A stretch of 64,000 nucleotides of DNA, from the NCBI GenBank assembly GCA_965228475.1, contig OZ245817.1, positions 4,256,001-4,320,000 on the forward strand, written 5' to 3'. Source of the stretch: Myxococcota bacterium (lineage in GTDB: Bacteria > Myxococcota_A > UBA9160 > JAFDDA01). Position numbers and translations under genes: made by a program. Below are positions 62,912 through 64,000 of this stretch, piece by piece; within the stretch, counting starts at the first letter, position 1; each line of letters opens with the position of its first letter. The notes beneath the pieces were generated by a model. The model had not been told where the DNA came from and did not search any database. It saw nothing but the letters and a program-made list of their open reading frames with translations.

Positions 62912-63834
62912 GGGCAACCCAACGTTCCGCCGCAGACGTTGCCACCCCCGTCCGCGCCGCCAGCGACGGTTCCAGCGCCCACGTTCGACCGCCGGATGAC
63001 GTTCTCGCGGAAGACCGTGCCGGACGAGAGGAAGAGTCCGTGTCCGGAGTTCGAGGAGCCGTTGGTCGACACCGCGTTCCCCCGGATGTCGCTGCCCGAG
63101 AGGGCCACGATGCCGCTCCCGAAGTTTCCCGCAACGACGTTGGCGATGATCGGGGAGTCCGTGGAAGCATCGATCCCGGATTCCCCGTTCTCCTCGACGA
63201 CGTTGGCTTCCACGGTGGATGCACTCGTCGAGATCCCGATCGTGCCGTTGCCGTGCACCAGGTTCGACGACACGCTGGATCCTTCCCCTGCGAAGATCCC
63301 GACCAGTCCGTTCTCGAAGACCAGGCTCTCGGAAACGCTCGAACCCGAACCCACCACGATGCCGCTCGCCGCACTCCCGGAGACGCGCATCCTGTGGACG
63401 ATCGAAGACGGCCCCAGGATCAATCCGTTGCCGCCCATCCCGACGATGGACCCGTTGTGAACGCGGATGCCGGGCCGCTCCTCGCGGTCGATCACCTCGA
63501 TGCCGTCGCCTCCGCCCAGCGTCGCGCCACAGGGCTCCACGGTACTCGGAGGCGTGAAGTTGCTGCACTGGATCCGGAAACCGTTCAGGTCCAGATCCAC
63601 ATGGCTCGTCGAGATCCGGATCGCGGTCGTGCCCGAACCCGAGAACGTGAGGTCGCCCGTCAGGCGATAGCTCGATCCGGCAACACCGGTGATGGTCACG
63701 GGATACCCGGCAGCGTCGCCTTCGAAGCAGCCCGTCTCGACCGCGCAGGCGGCGTTGATCTCGAGCACCCCGTCGACGGCCGTCGCGGGCGTCGAACCGA
63801 AGAGCGCAACCAGCAGCACGAGCAGCATCCGCAT
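62908..63834 (-). CDS. Secreted Cys-capped right-handed beta-helix protein (paralog 3)
   Basis: SD GGAGG; signal peptide; VDGVLEINAACAVETGCFEGDAAGYPVTI; C-terminal GGNVCGGTLGCP. Confidence 0.85.
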   Translation of the reverse strand: MRMLLVLLVALFGSTPATAVDGVLEINAACAVETGCFEGDAAGYPVTITGVAGSSYRLTGDLTFSGSGTTAIRISTSHVDLDLNGFRIQCSNFTPPSTVEPCGATLGGGDGIEVIDREERPGIRVHNGSIVGMGGNGLILGPSSIVHRMRVSGSAASGIVVGSGSSVSESLVFENGLVGIFAGEGSSVSSNLVHGNGTIGISTSASTVEANVVEENGESGIDASTDSPIIANVVAGNFGSGIVALSGSDIRGNAVSTNGSSNSGHGLFLSSGTVFRENVIRRSNVGAGTVAGGADGGGNVCGGTLGCP

Positions 63835-64000
63835 GTCGCTCCCTCCGCCGAGCGATGAGAGCACCATCGTGCATGCCCCCCCACACGAGGTCAAGGCTGC
63901 CAATACCCGACGGGGCGGCGAGGGGGTGCCCTCGTGCAGCGAAGCCAACACTGCCATGAGGCAACCGGAACCAAGGCCAAGCAACGTCATCGAGGGCCGG

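Overview
Very GC-rich, gene-dense bacterial chromosome segment. Gene content and order suggest a Myxococcota/deltaproteobacterial-type organism (inference). The order includes gmhA-ccsA-hemA-hemC-cobA/hemD-hemB, mreBCD-mrdA-rodA divergent from a SurA/PpiD gene, and a PEP-CTERM protein. It holds about 65 CDS, mostly housekeeping: an orphan flagellin, RqcH/NFACT, mutM, an osmoprotectant ABC transporter, polA, an ECF sigma/anti-sigma module, cysK, truD, rnhB, lpxD, tetrapyrrole genes, trxA, the elongasome, an RpoD-like sigma, folE with two PTPS/QueD-like genes, lexA and groES-groEL. I found no rRNA, tRNA, CRISPR-Cas, prophage or transposase. The most notable signals are: (1) three paralogous secreted Cys-capped beta-helix-like proteins of no family I can name; (2) a 165-bp CTAG-flanked palindromic MITE inserted between the mreD stop codon and the mrdA start, displacing the SD; (3) a second element with 22-bp inverted ends after groEL; (4) an ECF operon with a triplicated 36-bp translation-initiation unit, a probable ATT start and a downstream sRNA-like segment; (5) a stand-alone RnfD/NqrB-like protein fused to Sel1-like repeats; (6) a catalytic/degenerate PTPS pair; (7) candidate CsrA, sigma54/enhancer, variant CIRCE and LexA-linked motifs. 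All functional calls come from recognising motifs by eye, not from database searches.
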